DNA of 64,000 nucleotides from Haliotis cracherodii (Eukaryota): NCBI RefSeq assembly GCF_022045235.1, contig NW_027266330.1, positions 46,066,001 to 46,130,000 of the forward strand, read 5' to 3'. Shown piece by piece: positions 63,151 to 64,000 of this stretch (position 1 is its first letter; each line of letters starts with the position of its first letter). The notes under the pieces were generated by a model. It saw only the letters and a program-made list of their open reading frames with translations, ran no database searches and was not told where the DNA came from. The position numbers and the translations under genes were made by a program.

Positions 63151-64000
63151 CCACCGGGGCCATTACTTCAAGCACCACGATAAACACCAGTATGAACCAA
63201 AATTGGTCAACGACGACGGCTTTCGAAATCATTTTTCAAAGCGGCGTTAACCCGTGCCGTGCAAGACAAGACCCCGGCATATCTCGGAACTGTGTCACAT
63301 TCTTCACTGCACGACACAGCCACATCTCATGTCACTGTTCTATGGAGAGAAAAAAACTCCACGAAAGTCCATTTTCATTTTATATTCTCATTTCTTTTTG
63401 TATCTTCGAACGATATATCAATCATTTACAGCCACTGAATATTGGACATTACTGACATAAAAGATTTGATTTCCAGGAACATGTGACATCTTTATGGAAA
63501 AAAATAAAAATCACACACGTCGAAAGAAGAAATATTATGAAGTAGTTCTTCAAATGCGAGCCGTGTGGCTTATTAATAACTATGGATATCACAAAATAAT
63601 CAACAGGATTACAAGCCACGGTTATTATATGTAACAATAACCCATGCCATTCAGCCCGCAATATTAGATCGAAGTGCATTGAAAGACACGTGCGTCACAC
63701 GGTGTCTGGCTATGTCAGCGTCCCCAGTTTTCTATATGAGATATTTACCAAATGTTTTGCCATCATCGTGAAATCACTTAATGATCGAGATCACAGGCTG
63801 TCATTGAAAACATTTTAGATAGTTATGGACCTCTTCTGTCTGACTGGGGGACACGTACATTATACCAGGAATATTAGATGTGGTTTGTGAGGCGCCGCGC
63901 AGTAGTCCATACACCAGATAATTGTATGATTGAATGGCTCATCCAATAACGTCTATGGCAGGTATTTATCGCCCTGCAATGAACGACTGCTGTGAAATGA

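Noticed and set aside
62918-63455. N/T-rich mucin-like ORF (+) and hydrophobic ORF (-)
   Set aside because: Products of a 12/24-bp tandem repeat; no signal peptide or splice support.

Overview
Eukaryotic, AT-rich, repeat-dense genomic DNA from an invertebrate, probably a mollusc. The SINE repertoire and the C1q/ShK/ankyrin gene content suggest a gastropod such as abalone, but that is an inference. There is no prokaryotic operon, CRISPR array or rRNA. Genes read by hand: (1) a single-exon two-TM APD1-4-like (DUF4792/DUF4793) membrane protein with PPxY motifs (12294-13544,+). (2) The main find, absent from the ORF track: a 7-exon minus-strand gene (29973->16862) encoding a ~210-aa secreted protein. 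It has a signal peptide and four extremely Lys-rich ShK-toxin (ShKT) domains, each on its own symmetric phase-1 exon. It also has a TATA box, a polyA signal, in-frame 'CKC-stop' read-through at every ShK exon donor, and decayed ShK-like exons in its introns. (3) A single-exon ankyrin-repeat gene (43020-42202,-) whose last codons seeded a 52-bp minisatellite. (4) A C1q-domain gene with a decayed signal/coiled-coil exon but an intact gC1q exon (49548-47241,-). (5) Seven 3' exons of a DUF885 metallopeptidase-like gene with a hydrophobic C-terminal tail (62348-54116,-; 5' end not found). The remainder is four SINE families (three share a 3' tail), Tc1/mariner, Harbinger, hAT and LINE relics, MITEs with visible TIRs/TSDs, and many minisatellites that produce most of the long spurious ORFs.
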